This document shows, in pieces, positions 45,589-53,162 of a stretch of DNA of 64,000 bases; the stretch's first letter is position 1, and each line of letters begins with the position of its first letter. A model generated the notes under the pieces. The model was not told the DNA's origin and ran no database searches. It was given only the letters and a program-made list of their open reading frames with translations. The position numbers were made by a program, and so were the translations under genes. Location of the stretch: the IMG/VR virus record IMGVR_UViG_3300009181_000033, positions 1-64,000 of that record, one strand, 5' to 3'.

Positions 45589-46341
45589 TCACAATGTGAT
45601 ATAAAGTGGTAACAAAACTATGTTTTGATTTTCTTTGACGGTGCCTGGTTGTCTATCAATTGTTAGCGGCCCTTGATGTGAAACCAAGTGAGCTAAATTA
45701 GCATCCTTGATTAAATCTGAAAATCTCATTTCTACATCGTCAACCCAACAAGCCTGAGAAACCAGCTGGCAAATCTGTGAATAATCAACATGATGTGCGT
45801 CATGAGCTGTGGCATTTGGCTGAATTACTCTCGTATTAGCACCTGCTTCCACAGTTGCCGGCGGAAAACCTTTTATGCCACGAAAAAAAGAGCCACCAAA
45901 ATGCCAGCCGTAATTACAAGCAGCATGCTTCTTTGCCTCCAATTGCTTGTCTAAAACCCAATGTTTTCCACATGTAGCCACCAATCCTTGATTAGAAAAG
46001 AGTTGTTTGTCAACTGCAGAGCTGTGTTTGATCATGGAAGCTGTCGATGAAGATATTTGTATTGGGCAAGGCACAGCTTTTCTTGTCGATGCAGAATACA
46101 TCATATCAACGACCATAGGTGTTGGTAATGAGGCATCTAGAAGATCTGCCAATTTTTGAGCTAAATTGGCAGATGTATTTACTCTTATGCCATCAACCAT
46201 CAGGCCGTCTTCCATGACACGCAATGTCAGCTTTTTTCCTTTGATGTTTCTGGTTATGTCAATCCATTTTGCGTCAAAAAAACCATTTTGAACTTGTTGA
46301 TAGATATAATCTTCTCTATCTTGTATTTTTTCAGGTATCAT
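45589..46341 (-). CDS. Hypothetical protein, possible cell-wall enzyme
   Basis: LPTP-x2-VD, GKHWV, NYGWH, VIQP-x4-HD-x2-HVDYSQ motifs suggest a catalytic His/Asp set; family not firmly recognised. Confidence 0.5.
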   Translation of the reverse strand: MIPEKIQDREDYIYQQVQNGFFDAKWIDITRNIKGKKLTLRVMEDGLMVDGIRVNTSANLAQKLADLLDASLPTPMVVDMMYSASTRKAVPCPIQISSSTASMIKHSSAVDKQLFSNQGLVATCGKHWVLDKQLEAKKHAACNYGWHFGGSFFRGIKGFPPATVEAGANTRVIQPNATAHDAHHVDYSQICQLVSQACWVDDVEMRFSDLIKDANLAHLVSHQGPLTIDRQPGTVKENQNIVLLPLYITL

Positions 46342-46398
46342 TATAACATCAATATTTTATTGAAAAGCATCACCTATCCGATTCAGTGATGACAAATA

Positions 46399-46641
46399 TC
46401 ACTTTCGAAAATCTAATTGTTGATTAGCTTCGGCGACCAACAGTGCTTCTATGTATTCAAGATGTGAATCAGCACCAGGAATTTCTGCCCTTCGTCGAGT
46501 CAAATTCTCTCTCGTTTTTAAAATTTCTTCCCGGGTATTATCACAATAAGCCCTCTGACCAGGTTGAAGTAATGCAATGGATTCCATGAGAGACTTAAGC
46601 GGAGTTTCCGCTTTCATATCTAAATTGTTTACTCTTGACAT
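46399..46641 (-). CDS. Hypothetical protein
   Basis: 80 aa helical ORF. Confidence 0.55.
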   Translation of the reverse strand: MSRVNNLDMKAETPLKSLMESIALLQPGQRAYCDNTREEILKTRENLTRRRAEIPGADSHLEYIEALLVAEANQQLDFRK

Positions 46642-46814
46642 ATGTTTATTTTGGTATAATAAATCAACACTCGCAAATGGAAAATATTTCCTACCATTTT
46701 ATTGCTAGGGAAACATCATAAACTCCATCATGTTCTACATTGCATGTTTCGCAATCCACACAGATGAATATTAATTCAGATTCGAACTAGCGACTAGGTG
46801 TTTCAATTAATTTG

Positions 46815-46886
46815 CTGGTAGGCGTGGAGTCGAACCACGATCGTACAGATTAACAGTCTGTTGACTTGCCATTAGTCGACCTACCA
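46815..46886 (-). tRNA. tRNA-Asn(GTT)
   Basis: Acceptor TGGTAGG/CCTACCA; D-arm GACT/AGTC; anticodon ACAGA-CTGTTAA-TCTGT; T-arm CGTGG-TTCGACT-CCACG. Confidence 0.93.
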
Positions 46887-46900
46887 ATTTTAGCTCTTTC

Positions 46901-46926
46901 TGCTCTGCCAGCTGAACTAACCCAGA
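46901..46926 (-). pseudogene. 5' fragment (nt 1-26) of a deleted tRNA gene
   Basis: TCTGGGT-TA-GTTC-AGCTGGCA-GAGC-A: intact acceptor 5' strand and D-arm, then the sequence breaks off 14 nt before tRNA-Asn. Confidence 0.7.
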
Positions 46927-46985
46927 ATGATACCTTAAATATATTTTGTTTCTTGCATTAATACACACTAATTTTAAAAACTAAA

Positions 46986-47168
46986 TTAATCTCTTGGTGA
47001 AAAGCCGATTTGTTTCTTTCCGCTTTTTGATGATTCTGAAAATTCATCTATTGCATGAACCACAGCAACTATTGCTGCACCGAGTTTTAGAGCTGCAATT
47101 GTCTTTGGCGACCTAAGGATATTCCACGCCTTGTTTCTGTTGATATTAAAAAGGTCAGTTAAAAACAT
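46986..47168 (-). CDS. Small hypothetical protein
   Basis: 60 aa with hydrophobic core AALKLGAAIVAVV. Confidence 0.5.
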   Translation of the reverse strand: MFLTDLFNINRNKAWNILRSPKTIAALKLGAAIVAVVHAIDEFSESSKSGKKQIGFSPRD

Positions 47169-47186
47169 ATCGATAAACTTATTGTG

Positions 47187-47483
47187 TCACTTTCCAAAAG
47201 TATAAATCTTATTTTCAGTCTTGGGTGTGGCCTCCTCTGCTGCATCTGCAGGTGTCGCACCCTTTGTTTTGAAACCAATATACTCCTCGGCGTCATCTGG
47301 GCGCCCTGGATCATTGCTGCCTTTATCTCCGGGAGACTTATACCAATATCCGTGAATGTCAGCACCTCTCTCTAGATCATAGGGATAAAACCCTTTGACT
47401 TCGGTGGGGTCTGCCGTAACGGCCGGACTCTCTGAGATGACTTTTTGGATTATCTTACGTAGTTGCCCAATGCTCATTTTCAT
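47187..47483 (-). CDS. Putative internal head protein (QLRxII leader family)
   Basis: N-terminus MKMSIGQLRKIIQKVISE. Confidence 0.6.
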   Translation of the reverse strand: MKMSIGQLRKIIQKVISESPAVTADPTEVKGFYPYDLERGADIHGYWYKSPGDKGSNDPGRPDDAEEYIGFKTKGATPADAAEEATPKTENKIYTFGK

Positions 47484-47491
47484 TGAAGCAC

Positions 47492-47800
47492 CTAAATGTC
47501 AAGAGTCTTTGGATAACCTTCTTCACCGGGTTTTGCAGGAGGTTTACCACGATCCCTCTTGGCCTTTATGTTTGCCCAGAGACCCTTTGAACCGCTTCTC
47601 TTCTTTTTTGCTTCACCCAAAGCAAAACCATTTTCTTCTTCCTCGACATCCTTGAGTCCCATTCCTCCACGGCCGACCGTGTCCATCTCTTCATCAGACA
47701 CAGATTCTCCTGTTCCTGGATACCAACGACCCGGAGGCCATGCTTCTTCTTCCAGGGCTTCTCTGATGATTCTTCTTAATTGTGACAAGGTAATCTTCAT
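47492..47800 (-). CDS. Putative internal head protein (QLRxII leader family)
   Basis: N-terminus MKITLSQLRRIIREALEE; basic C-terminal GLWANIKAKRDRG segment. Confidence 0.65.
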   Translation of the reverse strand: MKITLSQLRRIIREALEEEAWPPGRWYPGTGESVSDEEMDTVGRGGMGLKDVEEEENGFALGEAKKKRSGSKGLWANIKAKRDRGKPPAKPGEEGYPKTLDI

Positions 47801-47807
47801 ATAGATT

Positions 47808-47830
47808 ATATATGCCCAAGGGGCATATAT
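47808..47830. terminator. Hairpin between the zinc-ribbon gene and the leader-family gene
   Basis: ATATATGCCC-AAG-GGGCATATAT, 10-bp stem; no clear U-tract. Confidence 0.45.
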
Positions 47831-47857
47831 GGCTGCAGTGACGGTGATAAAAATTGT

Positions 47858-48208
47858 CTATAGTTTGCCTTTGTGGTTAGTAGCAGATGACTGAGTCACA
47901 GTCTTATAAGAAACACCAGGTGTTGTAGACAAATGAGTGCCGAGCTGACAAGACTTGCCTTTATTCATACCACTGTTGTTGCGCCAAAAATCTGCGTAAC
48001 GATTGCGATCAGCTGTCGAGTTAAATGACAGAACGGTAATTCCAGCCTGCTTTCCATCGCCGGCTTGAAGGCCGAGATATTTAACGGTCGGCTCATTTGA
48101 GCAATCAGGGCAATGATTGATCTTGCCACCAGCTACAAACTTGGCAGGAGAACGGGAATCGAACACATAACCACAAGCAATACATTCTCGATTCATAAGA
48201 ACCATCAT
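47858..48208 (-). CDS. Zinc-ribbon protein
   Basis: CIAC and CPDC pairs. Confidence 0.65.
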   Translation of the reverse strand: MMVLMNRECIACGYVFDSRSPAKFVAGGKINHCPDCSNEPTVKYLGLQAGDGKQAGITVLSFNSTADRNRYADFWRNNSGMNKGKSCQLGTHLSTTPGVSYKTVTQSSATNHKGKL

Positions 48209-48267
48209 ACAGGGGCGAACGACAAATTTGCTCCCCCAATTATTTTTAATTCAAACTAGAATGATTT

Positions 48268-48507
48268 TTAGATTTTAAAAGCATGCCAATCCATGCAAGG
48301 AAGATCAAACGATTTTAAATAATTTTGAACATCTTCCATTAGTTCTTTTTGGGTATTGCCCATGGGGAAAACAGGATCCTCAGAACACATAGCTGGATTT
48401 CCATGTGTGTCATAGTAAACTTCATAAATGGCATATTCTTCTTCTTGTTGGCCATCTACATCTGGATCACAAAGCTTCCTAAGAACCCTGTAGTTCCACG
48501 TATTCAT
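48268..48507 (-). CDS. Hypothetical phage protein
   Basis: TWNYRV..YAIYEVYYD..G-x-P pattern; coupled start. Confidence 0.65.
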   Translation of the reverse strand: MNTWNYRVLRKLCDPDVDGQQEEEYAIYEVYYDTHGNPAMCSEDPVFPMGNTQKELMEDVQNYLKSFDLPCMDWHAFKI

Positions 48508-48956
48508 TTTATTCCTTCCATTTTGGAAATAACGATGGACAGACCGTCCATCCAGGATTTATCATTTGGATGTAAACCATGTTTTGATTTGTTGTGTTTG
48601 CAAAATTTTAAAGAACGAAGAATGTGCTCAAATTCATCTTGCGAAAGAGCTAAATTGTATTTGGGTAATTCGCCCGGGTCTAGGATTGTTGAGTCTTTTT
48701 TATCATCTTCATGCTGCAAAAAGAAATTTGAAGTGCACGTGCAGGGTCTTATTGGAGAACAAAGAATTTCACATTTTTTACACCACCAAATACTGCCACC
48801 GCCTTCATTTATTGATTCAATTAAGGAATATTCATCTACATCAGAAGATGAAACTACCATCCCCGGATTTTTAATTAGTCTTATCAGGAGATTGTGTCCT
48901 TCTGTCGTGGCCCTCATCTCAGCCATTTTTAATTGTGTTAATATTGTTTGACTCAT
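48504..48956 (-). CDS. Hypothetical Cys-rich protein
   Basis: 150 aa; CKKC-x3-C-x5-C-x-C cluster. Confidence 0.6.
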   Translation of the reverse strand: MSQTILTQLKMAEMRATTEGHNLLIRLIKNPGMVVSSSDVDEYSLIESINEGGGSIWWCKKCEILCSPIRPCTCTSNFFLQHEDDKKDSTILDPGELPKYNLALSQDEFEHILRSLKFCKHNKSKHGLHPNDKSWMDGLSIVISKMEGIK

Positions 48957-49192
48957 TCATCATACTCTATTTTAGAAAAATGCAAATCATTGTACCAGCC
49001 AACCTTGCCTCGAGGAGTTAGAATCTTTGTGTAGGCACTACGTTCTAAAATTAGAACCGTTTCATTTTCAAAAATGACATCTACTACAAAATCTTTTTCT
49101 ATATCGTCAAATGAAATATGCCAGACATTTAAAAATGAAGACCCTATTGGTCTTACAATCAATAGTTCACCTAAGACACACTGCTCTTTCAC
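48953..49192 (-). CDS. KOW/SH3-like small protein (start re-called at GTG 49192)
   Basis: MKEQCVLGELLIV..KILTPRGKVGW; the upstream 11 codons in the ORF track derive from the IS607 right end and its flank. Confidence 0.6.
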   Translation of the reverse strand: MKEQCVLGELLIVRPIGSSFLNVWHISFDDIEKDFVVDVIFENETVLILERSAYTKILTPRGKVGWYNDLHFSKIEYDE

Positions 49193-49197
49193 AACAT

Positions 49198-49340
49198 GAT
49201 TTGAAAATGTTGGACATTTTCTCATACGTATTTTAGCTCCGAAGAGTTATTGACGTACATCTTCTGAAATCCTTGTAGAAAGTCCACGAAGTTTTCAGTT
49301 TGGGCAAACCATCTGCCCATGTGTCGTTTGGCTATGTTAG
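49198..49340 (-). ncRNA. Predicted TnpB omegaRNA (reRNA) scaffold overlapping the tnpB 3' end
   Basis: Hairpins TGGGCA/TGCCCA (49301-49319), CTGAAA/TTTCAG, CTC-TTCG-GAG (49237-49246), and terminal GAAAATGT/ACATTTTC (49203-49221) immediately before the right end. Confidence 0.55.
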
Positions 49341-50442
49341 TAGCCGAATTTAGGTCTCTATCAACTATCAAACCTGGTTCTAGTTCAACCTCTCTTATTG
49401 ATAGTTCTGAACTTAGTGTCTTGATCCCGGTCAAACAGTTGATTTGAGATGTGTAACTTTCATCGACTAGATGAAAATCTATTCCCGCATTCCTCGCTTT
49501 GTAATCAAGGAATGTTTTGAACCTAGACAACGTGCCTTGGTTCTGTGTGGACTTGTTAAGTCTTTTAGTTGAACGCTTGCCTTTTGGAAGCTTTTTAGTC
49601 TGAATATCACCAACAATCATTGTTCCAACTTTTTCTTTCAAACACGTGTCAACAATCACCTTGCTGACTTTATGCTGAAAATCTTTGTTCTTGTTGGAAT
49701 TTTTCCTAGCTAGTTTTTTATGAACTGAAGTTAACTTCTTCCAACGATTTGAACCTTTCTTCTTTTTGTCGCGAAGACTTTGAACATGTTCTTTTTGTCT
49801 TTCAGCCTTCTTGAACCTGTTGTTCTGAACTGCAAAAGGCTTCGTGGAATTTGAGAAACAGGTGGCAATTGAACTTACTCCTAAATCTATCGATAGAAAT
49901 TTTTCCCTGTCAAGATCATCATTCGTTGGCTTTTCAGAATAAGTGAAGATCAAAAAGCACTTCCCTTCTTCCTCTTTAACAACCATTGTTTTGATTGTGA
50001 CGTTTGTCACACCACACTTACGAACATAGTCTGGTAGATCTATGTTTAATTTGTGCCCATCGATCAATGAGATCTGAACGCCTTGTTCAAGGAGTTTAAA
50101 CCCGCCACTTCCGTTGTTCCAATGAAATTGGAACGTACAAAAATTCTTGTAGGACTTAAACTTATAGGGAAATTGTGCAGTTGAATCTTTCTTCTTCAAG
50201 GCATAGAATGATTTGATTGAATCAAATAGTGTTCTACTTGTGGTTTGCGCTGGGTGTGACAAGATCGTTAGTTGATTATCATTCCTGAAATTCTTATATC
50301 GCTGATTGAGTTGCTTAAAATCTTCACCTTTCTTAGCAAATTCAAGCAAATGATTGTAGAGCAACCTGTGCTCGTTTGAAAGAGTTCGAATGACAATAAC
50401 TTGTTGTCGTGAAGGAAAGATTCTAACCTTTAGAGATTTCAT
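49222..50442 (-). CDS. tnpB: TnpB RNA-guided nuclease (IS607-associated)
   Basis: KVRIFP N-terminus; RuvC-I SIDLG, RuvC-II IVGDI, RuvC-III DRDLNSATNI; YKA-x2-AG, ESYTSQ. Confidence 0.9.
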   Translation of the reverse strand: MKSLKVRIFPSRQQVIVIRTLSNEHRLLYNHLLEFAKKGEDFKQLNQRYKNFRNDNQLTILSHPAQTTSRTLFDSIKSFYALKKKDSTAQFPYKFKSYKNFCTFQFHWNNGSGGFKLLEQGVQISLIDGHKLNIDLPDYVRKCGVTNVTIKTMVVKEEEGKCFLIFTYSEKPTNDDLDREKFLSIDLGVSSIATCFSNSTKPFAVQNNRFKKAERQKEHVQSLRDKKKKGSNRWKKLTSVHKKLARKNSNKNKDFQHKVSKVIVDTCLKEKVGTMIVGDIQTKKLPKGKRSTKRLNKSTQNQGTLSRFKTFLDYKARNAGIDFHLVDESYTSQINCLTGIKTLSSELSIREVELEPGLIVDRDLNSATNIAKRHMGRWFAQTENFVDFLQGFQKMYVNNSSELKYV

Positions 50443-51052
50443 CTTTAATCTCCTCTAGGTTTTTCACAGATGCGCTGATCTTCTTCTTGTAATTTCTTGA
50501 ACCATACAATTTCATGCTGAAGTGATGAACAATTGAGATGAGATCTTCTGCAAACTCTTGTTCTTTTGTCTTGTCGGATTCAGAATCATCAACAACAACA
50601 ATCTTAAAGTTATTCATGACAGACAACTCTTCAAAAAGTTCAAACCCAAACCTAAGAAGACGATCCCTGTAATGAACCACCAGAGTTTCTATTTCGTCAT
50701 TCTTAATCAATGACAAAAGTTCTATTAGACCTTTGCGTTTATAATTTAATGCAGAGCCAAATTCAGAAATGACCTTATCAATCTTCATTCCATTAGCAAT
50801 GCAGAAATCCTTAATTCTTCTTTCTTGTTCCTTTAGAGAATTTGCCTGTTGTTGTGTTGATTCTCTACAATAAATCACGTTCAGTCGAGTCTTTGATGTT
50901 ACTCCAATAACTTGACGATAATGTTCATCTGTGTAACGTCTATGACCAGACTTTAATACGACAGGTTTCAAAGCACCCTCCTTTTCCCATCGGTAAAGAG
51001 TCTTACTCGTCAACCCGCACATCTTTGCAAATTTCGTAACTGAGTACATCAT
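50423..51052 (-). CDS. tnpA: IS607 TnpA (MerR-HTH + serine recombinase)
   Basis: KTLYRWEKEG-x-L-x5-SGHRRY HTH; IYCRES nucleophile; EFGSALNYKRKGL, RDRLLRFGFE, EDLISIVHHFS-x-KLYG-x-R. Confidence 0.93.
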   Translation of the reverse strand: MMYSVTKFAKMCGLTSKTLYRWEKEGALKPVVLKSGHRRYTDEHYRQVIGVTSKTRLNVIYCRESTQQQANSLKEQERRIKDFCIANGMKIDKVISEFGSALNYKRKGLIELLSLIKNDEIETLVVHYRDRLLRFGFELFEELSVMNNFKIVVVDDSESDKTKEQEFAEDLISIVHHFSMKLYGSRNYKKKISASVKNLEEIKDEISKG

Positions 51053-51065
51053 CTAACAATAGATA

Positions 51066-51113
51066 TTAGACAGGGTCAAAAATGTCTAAACTTTTTTCAA
51101 AATGTCTAAACTT
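51066..51113. repeat. IS607 left-end repeats
   Basis: AAAATGTCTAAACTT at 51079-51093 and 51099-51113 (20-bp period), plus an inverted TTAGACA near 51066. Confidence 0.8.
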
Positions 51114-51293
51114 GTTTAAATGGATTGGAGTATAATCATACCACCATTGCGTCGTACCATCAGTGAACAAAACATAACAACTGCTCTCACCCGATTCTGT
51201 GTTTCTCGATATATCAAGTATGATTCCTAAAGAACATTCTTTTTCAGAGAACACCCAATCATCGTAGAGACAAATCAAGTCACCTACTTTCAT
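51066..51293 (-). CDS. KOW/SH3-like small protein whose C-terminus is supplied by the IS607 left end
   Basis: MKVGDLICL..LGIILD..YVLFTDGTTQWW; residues after YTPI come from IS sequence. Confidence 0.6.
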   Translation of the reverse strand: MKVGDLICLYDDWVFSEKECSLGIILDISRNTESGESSCYVLFTDGTTQWWYDYTPIHLNKFRHFEKSLDIFDPV

Positions 51294-51490
51294 AGAATCT
51301 CTACTTCTCCTAGATAGCACCAACCAATTCCTTGTCGAATTAGGACTTTAATTAGGCGTTGGGTTTCAACAAATTCTTCAGGAAGATCAACAGCTCTACA
51401 CAAATAAGTGGTGCCGGTCCTAGTATAGGTGAGCAGACAATTTTTATTAATGGGCCTTCTTGTTGAATCACAAAATTTTTGTTTTTCCAT
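51290..51490 (-). CDS. Small hypothetical protein
   Basis: 66 aa; coupled to the next gene. Confidence 0.55.
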   Translation of the reverse strand: MEKQKFCDSTRRPINKNCLLTYTRTGTTYLCRAVDLPEEFVETQRLIKVLIRQGIGWCYLGEVEIL

Positions 51491-51790
51491 GTTCTATAAG
51501 GTAAACAATATTACATCTATGTTTAAATAGATCAATATTTTGATCACCGTTTGAAAATTATGCCTAGGACTTGATTTCAAAGATGTTTTATGATTTCATC
51601 TATTTTTCTCGAACGCTCCAAATTTCTTTTTGAAGTTTATCAAGTTCGCCTCGTCAAACCCAGAAATCCCTAACCGTGTGGCTCAAATCTAAGATCATCA
51701 CTTAGGTTTTCACGTCTTCATCATTGAATCGTTCGTAGACCAGGTCGCATAGAAAAACAATATTGCTATAAGACAAATTTGGACAACTTA

Positions 51791-52081
51791 TTAGGCGCTT
51801 GATTTTTTCTTTTTTCTTTTTTCTTTTTTGTCGCCTGCTAGCAAAATTTCTTCGGTTGTCAATTGAACCGAATCCCCATTGTTTTCAGGCGACATCCAAG
51901 GAAAAATTTCGTGTTCATTTGTCTTCAATTGTTCAATTGAACTCAACAAACATATTTCTTGAACCTCGGATATTCTCTTTTTTACTTCATTTGTCAAATT
52001 GTTGTATGCGATCCTTTCGGCCTCAAAAGGGTTGTCAGCATCAACCAGCATTTCTGTTAAAAATGAAATTCGATACAACAT
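51791..52081 (-). CDS. Hypothetical protein (start re-called at ATG 52081)
   Basis: ATAATTA 5 nt upstream (52087-52093); basic C-terminus. Confidence 0.55.
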   Translation of the reverse strand: MLYRISFLTEMLVDADNPFEAERIAYNNLTNEVKKRISEVQEICLLSSIEQLKTNEHEIFPWMSPENNGDSVQLTTEEILLAGDKKEKRKKKKSSA

Positions 52082-52284
52082 GTTTTTAATTATTAATGTT
52101 GCCACGTTTTTATTTTTCTATATCGAATTAAATTAAAAAACGGTGTTATATCTAAATGCTAACTCTTGGAAGAAAAATAGGTTCAAATTTTTGCATGTTG
52201 TTAATTAACATTGTGGGCCCATTGCTCCCGGGAAACATAACATCAACATCATTCAGGTCATAAAAGTAGACTAGAAGTGGCAAC

Positions 52285-52980
52285 ATGGCACGAGACAATC
52301 AAAGATATAGAAAAACTTATTCTTTCTATCGACCAACGCCACAAATGTCGGCGACTGTAAATGACAATTATGTTAATGAAAAAATTAATTCTCTAGACTG
52401 GAAACACTCTGTCAGAGTGGCGACAAAAGAAAACATCGACACAGGTGCTTCTTTTTTAAGCATAGACGGAATAAATTTGGTCGTTGGGGATAAAGTCCTC
52501 GTAAAAGATCAGAACACGCCGGCAGAAAACGGAATTTATGTTTATTCCGCAGGCGGTCTCCTCGTAAGGTCAGCTGATGCAAATGAACTTACACTTTCTC
52601 CCGGTGCCACCGTTTATGTAGAAGAAGGGACAAATCAAAAATCATATTGGTCTTTAACAAGCCTTGAGCCAATAACAATTGATTCAACTGCACAAACGTG
52701 GGAAAACATCATCAGCATACCCATTTTCAAAAAAGGGAAACTCAGTGGTGAACTAGTCACATCTGAGTACGGAGGCACTCTTGACTTTTCATCTATCGGC
52801 TCCCTTAGATCTACGGCAGGAGCATATGAATCAATGGATGTCTTTTCAAACGGAATCTTGTTGGATCAGGATGATGACTATACCGTTCCCACAGTGTCAT
52901 CAATAACTTTCGGTCCAACTTTTCGTGTAATAAACACCGACAAAATTACGATAACGATTAGAAACGCAGCCTCCCCCTAA
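52285..52980 (+). CDS. Fibre adaptor-like protein (two modules shared with neighbouring fibres)
   Basis: N-half matches the 33751 N-terminus; C-half matches the 53163 C-terminus. Confidence 0.75.
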   Translation: MARDNQRYRKTYSFYRPTPQMSATVNDNYVNEKINSLDWKHSVRVATKENIDTGASFLSIDGINLVVGDKVLVKDQNTPAENGIYVYSAGGLLVRSADANELTLSPGATVYVEEGTNQKSYWSLTSLEPITIDSTAQTWENIISIPIFKKGKLSGELVTSEYGGTLDFSSIGSLRSTAGAYESMDVFSNGILLDQDDDYTVPTVSSITFGPTFRVINTDKITITIRNAASP

Positions 52981-53162
52981 ACCACTCACCATCATCTTCT
53001 CTTTGAACACACTTTTTGTGTATTTCTAGAAATGCTAGAAAAATATTTTTATTCATGGTTGAATATATTCAATAATGAATATTTATTGACGTTGAGACGT
53101 GTCGTGCACTAACGCACTTCATGCTTGACAACCTCAAAGTAATTACAAAGGAAGGTTTTTAT

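Larger units (their letters stand above)
49198..51122 (-). mobile_element. IS607-family element (tnpA serine recombinase + tnpB), about 1925 bp
   Basis: tnpA/tnpB overlap; AATC shared at both junctions (51123-51126 and 49198-49201); removing the element restores the interrupted gene's stop overlapping the next GTG. Confidence 0.85.

Noticed and set aside
49193-49225. ATG 49225 as the start of the gene downstream of tnpB
   Set aside because: These codons come from the IS right end and the displaced 3' end of the interrupted gene; the native coupled start is GTG 49192
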